Shown here: positions 36,616-49,532 of the stretch, one piece after another
Layout of the letters: each line of letters begins with the position of its first letter
Position numbering within the stretch: the stretch's first letter is position 1
NCBI RefSeq assembly: GCF_018350175.1
Contig: NC_058383.1
Location: forward strand, 26,972,001-27,036,000
Reading direction: 5' to 3'
Length of the DNA: 64,000 nt
Source of the DNA: Felis catus
Lineage: Eukaryota
Translations under genes and position numbers: made by a program
Notes under the pieces: generated by a model
What the model was told of the DNA's origin: nothing
Database searches by the model: none
The model's input: the letters and a program-made list of their open reading frames with translations, nothing else

Positions 36616-38789
36616 CAAACGGAACCCCCCCTTTATCAACAGCCCTGGAAGCCTGTAACTCTTCACCCAACTAGCTCTGTTTCTTCTATGAATTGAATCC
36701 CTACATGGTTGTTGTCTCCACAGAGACTGGGGGCTGCTTAGATCATTTGCACAAACACATCCAGCTAGAAAGTGCCAGAGAAACTATGCCCTGCAGCTCT
36801 GTCCCTTCCCTTCCTTGACTCCACGTGAACGAGGATTTGCAAATGATGTTCACGTACACCTGCTGACACCCCTCATTTTAAATCAAGACATCCTCTTCTG
36901 CCAACCAGCTTTGACGTTGCGCCTACGCAGATGACAACCCTTTTCTCTGTTAGCCAATTATCCTTCACTGAAGGTTCCAGTATCCTCAGAAAAGGTAGCT
37001 GGGGAAAGACACACTTCTCCCAGAGTGCAGACGGTGGTGGATTGCTGCCATGATGCTGTGTGCTCACCTACGCTGGGTGGATTTTCCTTTCCTGCTGGAA
37101 GAAGGGACCTCATTCTGCAAATGCACTAATGATGTGTAATTATCATCGCCACAAGCCTTCTACACATCTGGGCTAATGGCTCCAGCTTCCATGATGATTC
37201 TCATATTTTACCCAGTTCTGTCCTTGAATGGTTCTGTGCTGCCCCTGGTAGCAGTAACAGTTGGCTTCTAGGTAAATTTAAATATCCTGGTTGATACACC
37301 TGGCTTATAACGTGGGATGATAATAGCAATCACCACACAGGCTTCAATCAAATCTTTACTCACAGGAGGGAGATACTCTTGCTTGAATATTTAATTCAGT
37401 TTTGTTAAAACTTGAAGTCCTCTTCAAACAGCCCTGCCTGACAGAAATACTAGCGTCAAGAATTCATGAGCATTTGGACCCGGAGGTCAAGAAAAGGGAA
37501 TGTGTGGTCCAAGCCAGCCTTGTTTGTCACCGCAGAGTGAGGCTTCAGGAATTATTCAGCAGGCACCTCGAAAAGCAAAGGAGATCATGTTCTTTCTATG
37601 CAAGAGATTTTTCTCAATGCAAAATGCACTTTGGAGTCCATGTGGGTAGTTTCCACTCATTTCTTAGGTGGGAGATAGGCATCTAAATCCTCTAAATCCC
37701 CAGGCTTAAGTGTGAAAGAAATACCACTCCTTATTTTCCTTGCCTCCATTCAGCACCCCCCACCCCAAACCCTCAAACTGCTAGATTGGTGAACAAAACA
37801 AAACAAAACATCCTCTCCCCACCGGCCCCCAAACTTTTCTGTCAATATTGAGTTTCCTCACCCCTTGAGTGTATTTACTATTTGTTGAGATGCATATGTG
37901 TGGGGGACTCAGAGCTGGGATTCATGTGGTCTGTGGACCTTCTCCTCTTTTTCAAGCTTTAGGGCCAAGGGCCTCTGAACCTGGGGCCCACCTTCCAGAG
38001 GTGTTTCTTATCCTTTGTCTTCCTGAGTTCGAATTTTCCTGCCTGCTTGTACTACGTAGGGGCCAACGTTCCCACTCGTCAAGGGACCCTCACCCTCCTT
38101 CCTGTGTCTGGAGGGACTTCCTCATTCTCTCTGCCAGTTTCTCCCTCCCCTGAATCTCGTGAATCCAGCCCTTTGCTTTCTCCAGGCGAAACTTGAACAG
38201 AATATGAAAAGATTCTGCAAAGCCTGCACCGTTCTGCTTGGCAAAAAATGCTGAAATCTCTCCGGGATGGAAGTCCAAACATACAGCAAAGAAATCACAC
38301 ATTAATAATTGCAAAAATTATTGCCATAGGTAGAAGAAGACAGAATCAAACCATTATTTCTTTTTCCCCTACACTTTCTCTTGCTGCGGTGAGTATATCA
38401 CAGGGCTCGGAAACTGATAATTGGAGCAAGGATCACAGAGCTGCATTCCAGTTTTTAATTGGATCATTAGCACTTCTTCAACTATCTTATCTCATGGGTA
38501 TGCACCCTGCCTTTTATGGTTGGGGTGGTTTTCTTCCCTCCTCTCCCCTCCCCCCCCCCTCAGATCTTAATTTCGCAAATAAGGACTGAGAAGTGGCATT
38601 AAGATCAGCCGTCTTATCACATGTCAGTTTGGTACTCTCTTCTCTCAACTCTTTATTACCAGAGTCTCTGATTCTTTAAGCTCGTTTGCATAATTCCTAA
38701 CATCCTGGGTTTATCCGGAGGCCTTTTGATGAAGGAATGAAGATCCTCTCTCTACTAGAGGGCTCTTCCGTAAGACACAGTGTCACACA

Positions 38790-39030
38790 CAGAGCACCTG
38801 GGAATGCAGACTCTGTAGCCCGCTGGACCACCTGGATTTGAGTTCTGATCAGCCATTTGCTGTGTGACCCTCAGAAAGTTGCTTAATTGCTCTGGGCCTT
38901 GCTTTCCCCACTTGTAAAAATGAAGGGTGTGTGGCAGGGGCAGCTACCTGATTGTGCGTATTTCCTGATTTGCCAACCTCATTTAATCCATGGAAAGCAC
39001 TGAAAACAGCAGTGCCTGGAACATAACGCT
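38790..39030 (+). mobile_element. MIR
   Basis: cctggatttgag..gctgtgtgaccctcagaaagttgcttaa..gtgcctggaacata. Confidence 0.75.
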
Positions 39031-39433
39031 TTGATCATGTGAACGTTTTATTGAAAAGTGACACATACAGAAGAGTGCCTGAATCATTAAGGTAGAGCTC
39101 ATTGAGTTTTCAAAATGTGATGCATATATGTAAGCACCACCCAGATCAGCAAAACCTTAGCAGGACTCCAGAAGCATTTTCATGTTTACTTCTCACCACT
39201 AACCACTTTTCCCTTAAAGGCTAACCACTAACCTTCTAACAACCGTAGGTTCATTTTTGCTTGTTTTTGAACTTTATGTAAATAGATGCATACCAAATGC
39301 ACTATCTTTGTCCGATTTATTTTGCTTAATATTTGTGAGATTCACTCTCTGTTTTAGTGGGTAGAAATAATTCATTTTTTCATTGCCCTGTAGTGTTCCA
39401 TTTGGGGAATATGCCACATCAGATCTGAGTTTC

Positions 39434-39641
39434 TATGTATGTATGTATGTATGTTTATTTTTGAGAGAGACAGAGCATGAGCCAGGAAGGGGCAGAGAGA
39501 GAGAGAGAAACAGAACTTGAAACAGGCTCCAGGCTCTGAGCTGTCAGCCCAGAGCTTGATGTGGGGCTCGAACCCATGAACCGTGAGATCATGACCTGAG
39601 CCAAAGTCGGATGCTTAACCGACTGAGCCATCCAGGCACCC
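39434..39641 (-). mobile_element. Can-SINE with (TATG)n tail
   Basis: Reverse SINE; agtttc(t/c)at on both flanks. Confidence 0.92.
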
Positions 39642-40489
39642 AAGTTTCCATTTTTCGGCTAGGAAGTATAGCCACAGCTATAGTACATCCTAGTGCACGT
39701 TTTTTTAAAGATGGACTTTCCATATCTGTGAGGTCTATCATTTAGCATGAAATTGATCCTAGGGTAGGATCTGCTCAACTTTAGCAGACGCTGCCATGTA
39801 GTTTTGTGAAGTGACTGTGTAACAGTTTACACTCCTCCAGTAGTGGGGGTAAGTTCCAGCTGCTCCACATCCTTAACCACCTCTAGTATTATCTAGCTGT
39901 TTCATTGTTGCCAGTTTGGTGGAAGGAAAGTCCTATCACATTGTATTTTATCCACCAGATACCTGATACTTTATTTTTCCAGCTTTTCATTCCGAAACAA
40001 TTTCAAACTTACAAGTTGCAAGACCAGTACAAATTTTGTATACTAATCAACCATATTCACAGCTGGTTCCCCTCCCCACCACCCACCCCCCAGTTACATT
40101 GAGAATTAATCGATATACAACACTGTAAAAGTTGAAGGCCTACAACATGATGTTTTGGTTTACATAGATTGTGAAGTGGTTACCACAGTAGATCCCACTG
40201 ACATCCATCTTCTCATACAGATACAACAAAAAGAAAAGACAGAATAAAAGAAAAAAAAAGTGTGTTTGCCTTGTGATAAGAGCTCTTACAATTTACTGTG
40301 AATGACTTTTCTATATGTCCTACAGCATTATTAGCTCTACTCATCATGTTGGCCATCACAGCCCCGGTAGGTATTATAACTGGAAGTTGTACCTTTTGAC
40401 CCCCCTTCCTGACCCCCTTCCTTCCCCCACCTTCGGTAACCACAAGTTTGATCTCTTAGGTTCTAAGAATTTGGTTTGTTTTTATTTTA

Positions 40490-40713
40490 TTATTATTTAT
40501 CTATTTTTTTAAGGTTTACTTATGTTTGAGAAAGAGAGTGTGAGCAGGGGGAAAGGGAGAGGGAGAGAGAGAGAGAGAGAGAGAAAATCCCAAGCAGGCT
40601 CTACACTGTCAGCACAGAGCCCAACGCAGGGCTGTAACTCACAAACCGTGAGATTGTGACCTGAGTCAAAACCAAAAGTTGGACACTTAGTGACCAAGCC
40701 ATCCAGGTGCCCC
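40490..40713 (-). mobile_element. Can-SINE (older)
   Basis: Reverse SINE ending gccatccaggtgcccc. Confidence 0.9.
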
Positions 40714-40721
40714 TATTTTTG

Positions 40722-40912
40722 TATTTTTTTAATTTGAGAGCGAGAGAGAGCGTGAACAAGGGAGAGGGGCAGAGGGAGAGAGAGAGAATCTTAAGCAGGC
40801 TCCACACTCTCCACGGAGCTGGATGCAGGGCTCGATCCCACTACCCTGGGATCATGACCTGAGCCAAAATGAAGAGTTGGATACTCAACTGACTGAGCCA
40901 CCCAGGCGCCCC
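40722..40912 (-). mobile_element. Can-SINE (older)
   Basis: Reverse SINE ending gagccacccaggcgcccc. Confidence 0.9.
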
Positions 40913-41179
40913 TGTTTTTGTTTCTGTTTTAGATTCCACATATAAATGAGATCATTCAGTATTTGTCTCGTCAACTGTTCATACTTTCCCACATTTGCTT
41001 TAGTATTTTTTTTAACAATAGGAGATAAATGTCACGATCATGCCCCATTTACCATGATGTGCTTCAGACTGAGTTTGCCAAGAGCCATCTCTTAAATAAC
41101 CACAGTATAGTAAACAAAAATTCAACATTCATCAATATAATTATCTATAGATAATTTATTAAAAATTTTACAAATGTTG

Positions 41180-41415
41180 GGATGCCTGGGTGGCTCAGTC
41201 GGTTGAGCGTCCGACTTCGGCTCAGGTCATGATCTCGCAGTTTGTGAGTTCAAGCCCTGTGTCAGGCTCTGTGCTGACAGCTCAGAGCCTGGAGCCCGCT
41301 TCAGATTCTGTGTCTTCCTCTTCCTCTCTCTCTCTGTCTCTGCCCCTCCCCCACTCACACTCTGTCTCTCTCTCCTTCAAAAATAAACATTAAAAAAAAT
41401 TTTTTTAAATAAAAA
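41180..41415 (+). mobile_element. Can-SINE
   Basis: TSD AAAAATTTTACAAATGTTG at 41161-41179 and 41416-41434. Confidence 0.94.
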
Positions 41416-41434
41416 AAAAATTTTACAAATGTTG

Positions 41435-41605
41435 CGCAGCCCCTTGGTGGCTCAGTCAGTGAAACATCTAACTCTTGGTTTCAGCTCAGGTCATGATCTC
41501 ACAGTGTGTGGGATCGAGCCCCATGGTGGGATCTGTCTGCGTTGACAACACGGAGCCTGCCTGGGATTCCCTCTCTTCCTCTCTCTCTGCCTCTTGCCTG
41601 CTCAT

Positions 41606-41651
<46 letters not shown>

Positions 41652-41678
41652 CCTCTCAAAATATATAAATGTACATTT
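41435..41678 (+). mobile_element. Can-SINE (older) with expanded (CT)n
   Basis: Degenerate head, (CT)n at about 41607-41649, followed by aaaaaatttacaaatgtt. Confidence 0.9.
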
Positions 41679-41987
41679 AAAAAATTTACAAATGTTCTAA
41701 GAACACCCTTTGGAGCATATTTTTTAGGCTCAGGATCCAATACAGCATCATGCATTGGATTTGGTTTTCTTGGATCTACTCTTCTGGAGTGCTTCCTCAG
41801 TCTTTCAGGACATTGACATATTTGCAGAAGTGTAAGAAGGTCCATAAATTTTGGTTTATCGGATGCCTCCTGATTACATTCTGGTTTCATTACACTAGTG
41901 ATGTTGTGTCCGTCTCCCCGATTATTCAGTACGTGTACCAGGTTGGTTTGTTCTATCACTTCGGGTGTTAACTTTGATCGCTTGATT

Positions 41988-42214
41988 TTTTTTTTTTTTA
42001 ATTTTTTTTTTCAACTTTTATTTATTTTTGGGACAGAGAGACACAGAGCATGAACAGGGGAGGGGCAGAGAGAGAGGGAGACACAGAATCGGAAACAGGC
42101 TCCAGGCTCTGAGCTGTCAGCCCAGAGCCCGACGCGGGGCTCGAACTCACGGACCGTGAGATCGTGACCTGGCTGAAGCCGGACGCTTAACCGACTGCGC
42201 CACCCAGGCGCCCC
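41988..42214 (-). mobile_element. Young feline Can-SINE (SINEC_Fc-like)
   Basis: Perfect TSD TTGATCGCTTGATT at 41974-41987 and 42215-42228. Confidence 0.96.
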
Positions 42215-42849
42215 TTGATCGCTTGATTAAAGTGATGTATGCCAGGATTCTCCATTATAAAATTGCTTTCATGCCTTTGTAATTAATAAATAATTTTAGG
42301 GCGTACACTCAGAGGCTGTGCAAGTCTCCTGTACCTCATCAAACTTTCACCCTCTCCTTTGAGCATCTACTGATGATTCGTGCCTGGGTCCGTTATCCCT
42401 ATGATGGTTGCAGATGGTAATTTCCTAGTTCCGTTATTCCTTCTTCACTAATTAGCTTGCATTCTACAGTAAATGCTTTCCTTTCCTCCCATTAATTAAT
42501 GAATCATCACGATGGAGAAGTAAGGTCATTAGACTCGCAGGAGCAATACTGTGATATGTGCTGGAGGTATGGACTTGGCAAAGGGAGAGGCTTCCCCAAA
42601 GAAGCAATGGTTGAGACCTCAGAGTTGGCCAGATGAGGACCAGAGAGCAGGTGCAGAGGCTGGAGTTGAAAGAGAGCCTGAGAGGGCTTCAGTGTGGTTG
42701 GAGTGTGGCAGATAAGCAGGAGTGGGTTGAGAGGCTGGGAGATCGGCCTGGGGGAACCATTAGGATTGACTCATTTATTCAGTTGCATTTCCCTGTTTGG
42801 AAGGCATTTCTCACCTATGTTAGGTCTGCCTGTATTCGAATTACCACCT

Positions 42850-43382
42850 GTTGGTCTTATCTAGTGCTTTTAAACACATAATCTCCAACTTCAGCGGTTT
42901 AAGCCAATGATGATTTACTATTGTTCGTGCCTCTCTAGGTTCAGAATTGGGCTGGGGCTCAGCACGGTGATTCTTTGGCCCCGTGTGGCTTCGGCTGACG
43001 TCTCTCCCTCTGCTGCTTTCTCAAGTGCTGGGCGGGGATTGAAAGTTCAAGAAGCTTCCCTCACATTTCCGGGGCCTCAGTGCTCCTTTACATGACCTCT
43101 TTCCTTCCAGGTGATAGCTCGTTTTTCAGCAGTCTAGTCTGCCCATCTGTCCGTCGGGGCGGCTGCTTCTAAGAGCAAAAGTACAAGCTGCCGGGCCTCC
43201 TAAGGGTTCGTTCCAGAAGTGACACGGGATTGCTTCTGCTTTCGTTCTGTTGGTGAGTCAGCAGGCCAGCCTAGATGTCCCTGGGAGAAGAAGTGGATTC
43301 CATCCCTTGATGGGTGGGGCAGCACTTACATACAAGGGGGGAAGGAATTGGCGGTGGCCATCTTTGGAGACCATCATGCCAC
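42850..43382 (-). mobile_element. MaLR LTR (older MLT1)
   Basis: aacttcagcggtttaagc..gaattgggctggggctcagc..ggtggccatctttggagac..gccac. Confidence 0.65.
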
Positions 43383-44123
43383 CTCTTCCAGGAAGTCTTT
43401 CCTGACTTCTTCAGACCGCTTGTCTACCAATAGACAACAACTATTGTTTTGGGCCTTACTGAGGCTCAGTTTACACAGTGCTTCATTCTATTTCCAAATC
43501 GTTCCAAGTGTCAATATTTGAGCTTCCCTCATCTCCAAAGTAGACCCCAGTTTTCTTGAGTATAGCAATTAATAAATTTGGGTAATAATAATGGCGTACC
43601 AGTTTTTGAGCGCTAATCACGTGCAGGCCTATGCTAGATACTTTACATCGATCATCTCATTATATCCATTGAGGAAGATATAACCATCTCTATTTCTTTT
43701 TTTTCCTCTCTGATGTATTTTTCTTAGTTTTTATTTTCATTCCAATCAGTTTACGTACAGCGTTATGTTACTTTCAGGTGTACAGTGTGGATTGAACACT
43801 CGGATGCAGCACCTGGTGCTCCTCACAGGTGCTCTCCTTAGTCCCCATCACCTGTTTCCCCCATCCTCCCACCCCCACCCCTCTGGTAACAACCATCAGT
43901 GTGTTCTCTGTAGGTAACAATCTTTCCTTTGGCTTGTCTCTCTCTTTCTCTTTTTTCCCCTTTGCTCGTTTGTTTTGTTTCTTAGCTTCCACATATGAGT
44001 GAAATCATACGGTATTTGTCTTTCTCTGACCGACTTACTTCACTTCACATAATACTCTCCAGATCCATCCATATCAGTTCACATGGGAAGATTTTATTCT
44101 TTTTTAATGGCTGAATAAGATTG

Positions 44124-44126
<3 letters not shown>

Positions 44127-44194
<68 letters not shown>
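44127..44194. repeat. (TA)19(TG)15 microsatellite inside L1
   Basis: Directly visible. Confidence 0.97.
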
Positions 44195-44198
<4 letters not shown>

Positions 44199-46742
44199 CA
44201 CACCACATCTTCTGTATCCATTCATCAGTCGTTGGACACTGGGGCTGCTTCCCTATCTTGGCTATTGTAAATAGTGCTCCTATAAGCATAGGGGTGCATG
44301 TATCCCTTTGAATGAATGTTCTTGTGTCCTTTGGGTAATACCTAGTAGTGCGATTGCTGGATCATAAGGGAACTGTATTTTTAACTTTTTGAGGAACTTC
44401 AATACTGTTTTCCACAATGGCTGCAGCATTTCGCTTTCCTACCAACAGTACCGGAGGGTTCCTTTTTCTCCACATCCTTGCCAACACCTGTTGTTTCTTG
44501 TGTTGTTGTTGATTTTAGCCATTCTGACAGTTTATTGTGGTTTTAATTTGCATTTCCCTGATGGTGAGTGATGTTGAGCTTTTTTTCATGTATGTGTTGG
44601 CCATCTGGATGTCGTCTTTGGACAGATGTATGTTCATGTCTTCTGCCCATGTTTAATTGGGTTATTTGGTTTTGGGTGTTGAGTTTTATAAATTCTTTGT
44701 ATATTTTGGTTACTCATCCTTTATCAGATGTATCGTTTGCAAATATCTTCTCCCATTCTGCAGGTTGCCTTTTGGTTTTGTTGACTGTTTCCTTCACTGT
44801 GCAGAAGCTTTTAATGTTGATGAGATCCCAGTAGTTTATTTTTGCTCTTGTTTCTCTGGCCTCAGGAGACAGATCCAGAAAAATGTTTCTATGGCCGATG
44901 TCGAAGGGGTTACTGCTTGTGTTCTCTTCTAGGATTTTTATGGTTTCAGGTCTCATTTTAGGACTTTAATCCATTTTGACCTTATTTTTGTGCATGGTGT
45001 AAGCAAATGATCTAGTTTCATTCTTTTGCATGTTGCTCTCCAGTTTTGCCAACACTATTTGTTGAAGAGACTTTTTCTTATGGGATATTTTTTCCTGCTT
45101 TGTTGAGGATTAATTGACCATATAATTGTGGGTCCATTTCTGGGTTTTCTATTTTGTTCTGTTGATCTATGTGTCTGTTTTTGTGCCAGTACCATATTGT
45201 TTTGACTACTACAGCTTTGTAATATAACTTGAAGCCCAGAATTGTGATGCTTCAGCTTTGCTTTTTTTTTTTTTTCAAGGTTGCCTTGGCTATTTGGGGG
45301 TCTCTTGTGGTTACATACAAATTGTAGGATTGTTTGTTCTAGTTCTGTGGAAAATGCTATTGGTATTTTGATAGGAATTGCATTAAATGTGTAGATTGCT
45401 TTGGGTCGTATCGACATTCTAAAAATATTTGTTCTTCCTATCCAGGAGCATGGGACGTCTTTCCATTTCTTTGTGTCATCTGCAATTTCTTGCGTCAGTG
45501 TTTAGAGTTTTCAGAGTACAGGTCTTTCATATGTTTGGTTGGGTTTATTCCTAGGTATCTTTTTTTGGTGCAATTGTAAATGGGATTGTTTTCTTAATTT
45601 TTGTTTCTGTTATTTCTGTATTGGTGTATAGAAATGCAGTGGATTTCTGTACATTGATTTTGTATCCTGCAACTTTACTGAATTCATTCATCAGTTCTAG
45701 CAGTTATTTGGTGGAGTCTTTTGGGTTTTCTCCATATAGTATCATGTCATCTGCAAATAGTGAAAGTTTTCCTTCTACCTTAATGATTTGGATGCCTTTT
45801 GTTTCTTTTTGTTGTCTGACTGCTGTGGCTAGGACTTCCAGTACTATGTTGAATACAAGTGGGGAGAGTAGACATTCTTGTTTTGTTCCTGACCATAAAG
45901 GATGATGTTTACTGTGGGTTTTTCATATGTGGCCTTTATTGTGTTGAAGTATGTTCCCTCTAAACCTACTTTGTTGGGGGTTTTTATCACGAATGGATGT
46001 TGTGCTTTGTCACATGCTTTTTTCTGTGTCTATTGAAATGATCATGTGGTTTTTATCCTTTCTCTTATTGTTGTGATGTATCATATTGATTGATTTGCAA
46101 ATATGGAACCGCCCTTGCAAACAGGAAGAAATCCCACTTGATGAAGGTGAATGAATTTTTTAATGTATTGTTGGATTCAGTTTGCTAGTATTTTGTTAGT
46201 AGTTTTGCATCTATGTGCACAGAGATACTGGCCTGTAGTTCTCTTTTTTAGTGTTGTCTTTATCTGCTTTTGGTGAGAGGTTGATGCTGGCCTCATATAA
46301 TGAATTCGGAAGTTTTTCTTCCTTTCCTATTTTTTGGAGTAGTTTTAGAAGAATAGGTATTAATTCTTCTTTAGATGTTTGATAAAATTTGCCTGGGAAG
46401 TCATCTGGCCTTGGACTTTTGCTTATTGGGTGATATTTTATTACTTATTCAATTTCTTTGCTGGTTAACAGTCTATTCCAATTTTCTACTTCCTGTTTCC
46501 ATTTTGATAGTTTATATGTTTCTAGGAACTTATGTATTTCTTCCAGGTTGTTCAGTTTGGCATAGTGTTTTGCACAATATTCTCTTATGATTGTGTATAT
46601 TTCTGTTGTATTGGTTGTTATTTCCCCTCTTTCATTTGTGAGTTTGAGTCCTTTCTCTTTTTCTTGATAAGTCTGGATAAAGGTTTATCAGTTTTGTTGA
46701 TTTTTTTCAAAGAACCAGCTCTTGGTTTCATTAACCTGTTCT

Positions 46743-46744
<2 letters not shown>

Positions 46745-46790
<46 letters not shown>
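46745..46790. repeat. (TG)23 microsatellite inside L1
   Basis: Directly visible. Confidence 0.97.
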
Positions 46791-46794
<4 letters not shown>

Positions 46795-47165
46795 AGTTTC
46801 TATTTCATTTGTTTCTGCTTTAATCTTTATTATTTCTTTCTACTGGCTTGGGACTTTGTTCTTTTTCTGGCTCCTTTAGGTAGGTGTAAGACAAGGTTGT
46901 TTGAGATTTTTCTTCTTGAGGTAGTCCTGGATTGCTATAAACTTCCCTCTTAGTACCACTTTTGCTGCATCCCAAAGATTTTAGGCTGTCAAGTTTTCAT
47001 TTTCTTTTGTTTCCATCTACTTTTGGCTCTCTTCTTTGATTTCTGCGTTGACCCATTCAATCTTCATTGGCATGTTATTTAACCTTCATGTGTTTGTGGT
47101 CTTTCCAGATTCTTTTCTTGTGGTTGACTTTTAGTTTTATGGGGTTGTGACTGTGTCTGTTTCTT

Positions 47166-47391
47166 TTTTTTTTTTTTAATTTTTTTTTCAACGTTTATTT
47201 ATTTTGGGGACAGAGAGAGACAGAGCATGAACGGGGGAGGGGCAGAGAGAGAGGGAGACACAGAATCGGAAACAGGCTCCAGGCTCTGAGCCATCAGCCC
47301 AGAGCCTGACGCGGGGCTCGAACTCACGGACCGTGAGATCGTGACCTGGCTGAAGTCGGACGCTTAACCGACTGCGCCACCCAGGCGCCCC
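47166..47391 (-). mobile_element. Young feline Can-SINE (SINEC_Fc-like)
   Basis: Perfect TSD TGTGTCTGTTTCTT at 47152-47165 and 47393-47406. Confidence 0.96.
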
Positions 47392-48852
47392 ATGTGTCTG
47401 TTTCTTAAGAGAGAAAGAAAACCAAGGTCCAGAAAAGAAATACAAATTGTGCAGCAAATTTGGGGCAGAGTCACCATTGACGCCAGTTTTTTTGTGTGAT
47501 TCTAGAATTGTGTTGCAATCTCCCTACTTCCAAAATAGTAATGTATTGAGCGCAAACTATGTGCTTATCCACTCTTAGTACTGGCGATCCAGAAATATGT
47601 ATATCCTTGCCCTTAGTCTAATGGAGGAGGATAGGTAAACAAATAATAACACAGTGTTGGAAGGCATGACATGTTAAATGCTGGAGTAGAGGTCTGAGAG
47701 CCCAGAGCAGGGGCCATCAACTCTGCCAGAGAAAGTAGGGGGAGACTGGACAGTGACAGAGGCATTTGAACTGCAATTTGAAGGATAATTAGGGGGTTCT
47801 CTAGGTAGAGGGAGGTGGTTTGGGACACTGATGGGAGATGACACTGAGGAAGCAGGTTGGGTTCAGATTGTGAAGAAAGGGCAGGAAAGGAAATCAACAC
47901 TGTTGAGCATCCATTATAAGCTACCACATGCCTTTCCCCCATCGAATCCTAAAAACCTCTCTGAAAAGGTTATTTTCAGATGTCTGTTGTTATAGACAGG
48001 GAACCGAAGCTGAGGGAGATTGAGTCACACACCCAAGCACACATTAAATAGTTCGGACTTGATCTTGCCGGCACCAGGAAGTCAAGAGACATTTTCAGAA
48101 CCAGAGCGTGACCTGAGCTGATGGAGAAGTGAACACAGTGCCATATGGAAGTGGCAGAGAGGGCAGAGGCTGGCGGTGGAGAGACCAGATTTAGGAAGCT
48201 GTTCCTAGAGCCAGGTGTGAATTGAGGAGGCCCTTGAATCCAAAGGCAACAAGGTGGGGAGGAGAGGCTGAAATTAGGTAGCGTTTGTGAGGTCCAGTTA
48301 AGGGGATTTGAAGGACTGATAGGGCCTGGAGGAAGGAGGAAGAAGAGTCTAGAACAATGAAGAGCTTATAGTTTGGAAGATTGTGTGGTTGGTGTTTTCA
48401 TCTATGGTGATTTGGAGGCATTGTAGTCCAGCAGTGAAATAAACTCAAGGGTCGTATCCTGGCTCTGTCCTTTGCTTGCTTCCTGACTTCATCTCTCTGA
48501 ATCTCACTTTTCCATCCAGGGAGATGGGGATAATAGCATTATCTACCTCATTAGCTGCATTAAATGAGCTGACACACGAACATTGCTTGGCACAGAGTCT
48601 GGCTCATGATCAGCATTTAATGAATATCAGCTCTTCCTCACTCATTCAATGAATATTTACTATTTATTGAATGTCTTCTGGGTTCTGGGGATAAAACTAT
48701 GAGTAAGACAGTTACAATTCTTGCGCTCACAGAGATTACATTCTTGAGGGCAACATGACAACACGTAGTAACACGAAAATTAACTGCAGAGAATGCTAAG
48801 TGTGAGGGCTAAGAGATACAGCACAGCAGTTGGGAGAAATTTTGAATGGGAA

Positions 48853-49079
48853 ATAGTTCTTAAGGGTAGGTGACTCACCCACTCCATCCCCTCCCCAGGG
48901 GACATTCAGCAGTGCCTTGAGACCCCGTTGGTGGTCACAACTTCAAGGGATGTGCTAAGGGCCTATGGTGGGTGGAGAGGCCAGGGATACTGGTAAACAT
49001 CCTGCCATGCACAGGACAGCTCCACCACAAAGAATGATCTGGCCTCAAATGTCAGTAGTCCTGAGGTTGAGAAACTCTG
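48853..49079 (+). mobile_element. MER20
   Basis: ccccaggggacatt..gaggccagggatactggtaaacatcctgc..caaatgtcagtagtcctgaggttgagaaactctg. Confidence 0.88.
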
Positions 49080-49532
49080 AGATACAATCACGAGTGAAAA
49101 CTTTTTCGAAGAAGAGTGTGTATTCGAGCTGAGAGCTCAGGGACGAGACGAAACCAGTCCCGAGCCTGCCTGACCCCAAAGCATTGTGGGCGGAGGGAAC
49201 AGCATCTGCAAAGCCCAGAGGAGGGAAAGGGCTTCATGCGCTGAAGGATCAGAAAAGAGACCTGGTGGCAGGAAGGCTATGAGGAGGGGAGATAATCCCT
49301 GCAGAAGCAGAGATTAGAGAGAAGTTAGCAGCCGGGTCACACAGATTTTAAATTGCCTTTTATTCTCAGGATCCTGGGAAACCATTGAACACATTGAGAG
49401 AAGGGGACACCTGTTCAGGTTCACACTTCATGTTTTAAGCAGCTCAGACTGGCTGTCGGGTGGATGGGAGAGGGGCAAGGAAAAGCGGCTGTATGTAGTA
49501 CTTCATGCACGAGGTGGGGACACCTAGACTTT

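Larger units (their letters stand above)
39045..42500 (-). mobile_element. Patchwork of old L1 3' fragments interrupted by several SINEs
   Basis: Reverse L1 motifs such as tgtttttgaactttatgtaaatag, tttacactcc..gttccagctgctccacatcct, ttagattccacatataaatgagatcattcagtatttgtc; element boundaries unresolved. Confidence 0.6.
43698..47149 (-). mobile_element. 5'-truncated carnivore L1 (about 3.4 kb of ORF2 and 3' UTR), disrupted
   Basis: Peptides MSIRPKAIYTFNAIPIKIP, RPETIKILEEN, KTKRQPAEWEKIFAND are L1 ORF2p; many stops and frameshifts. Confidence 0.95.
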
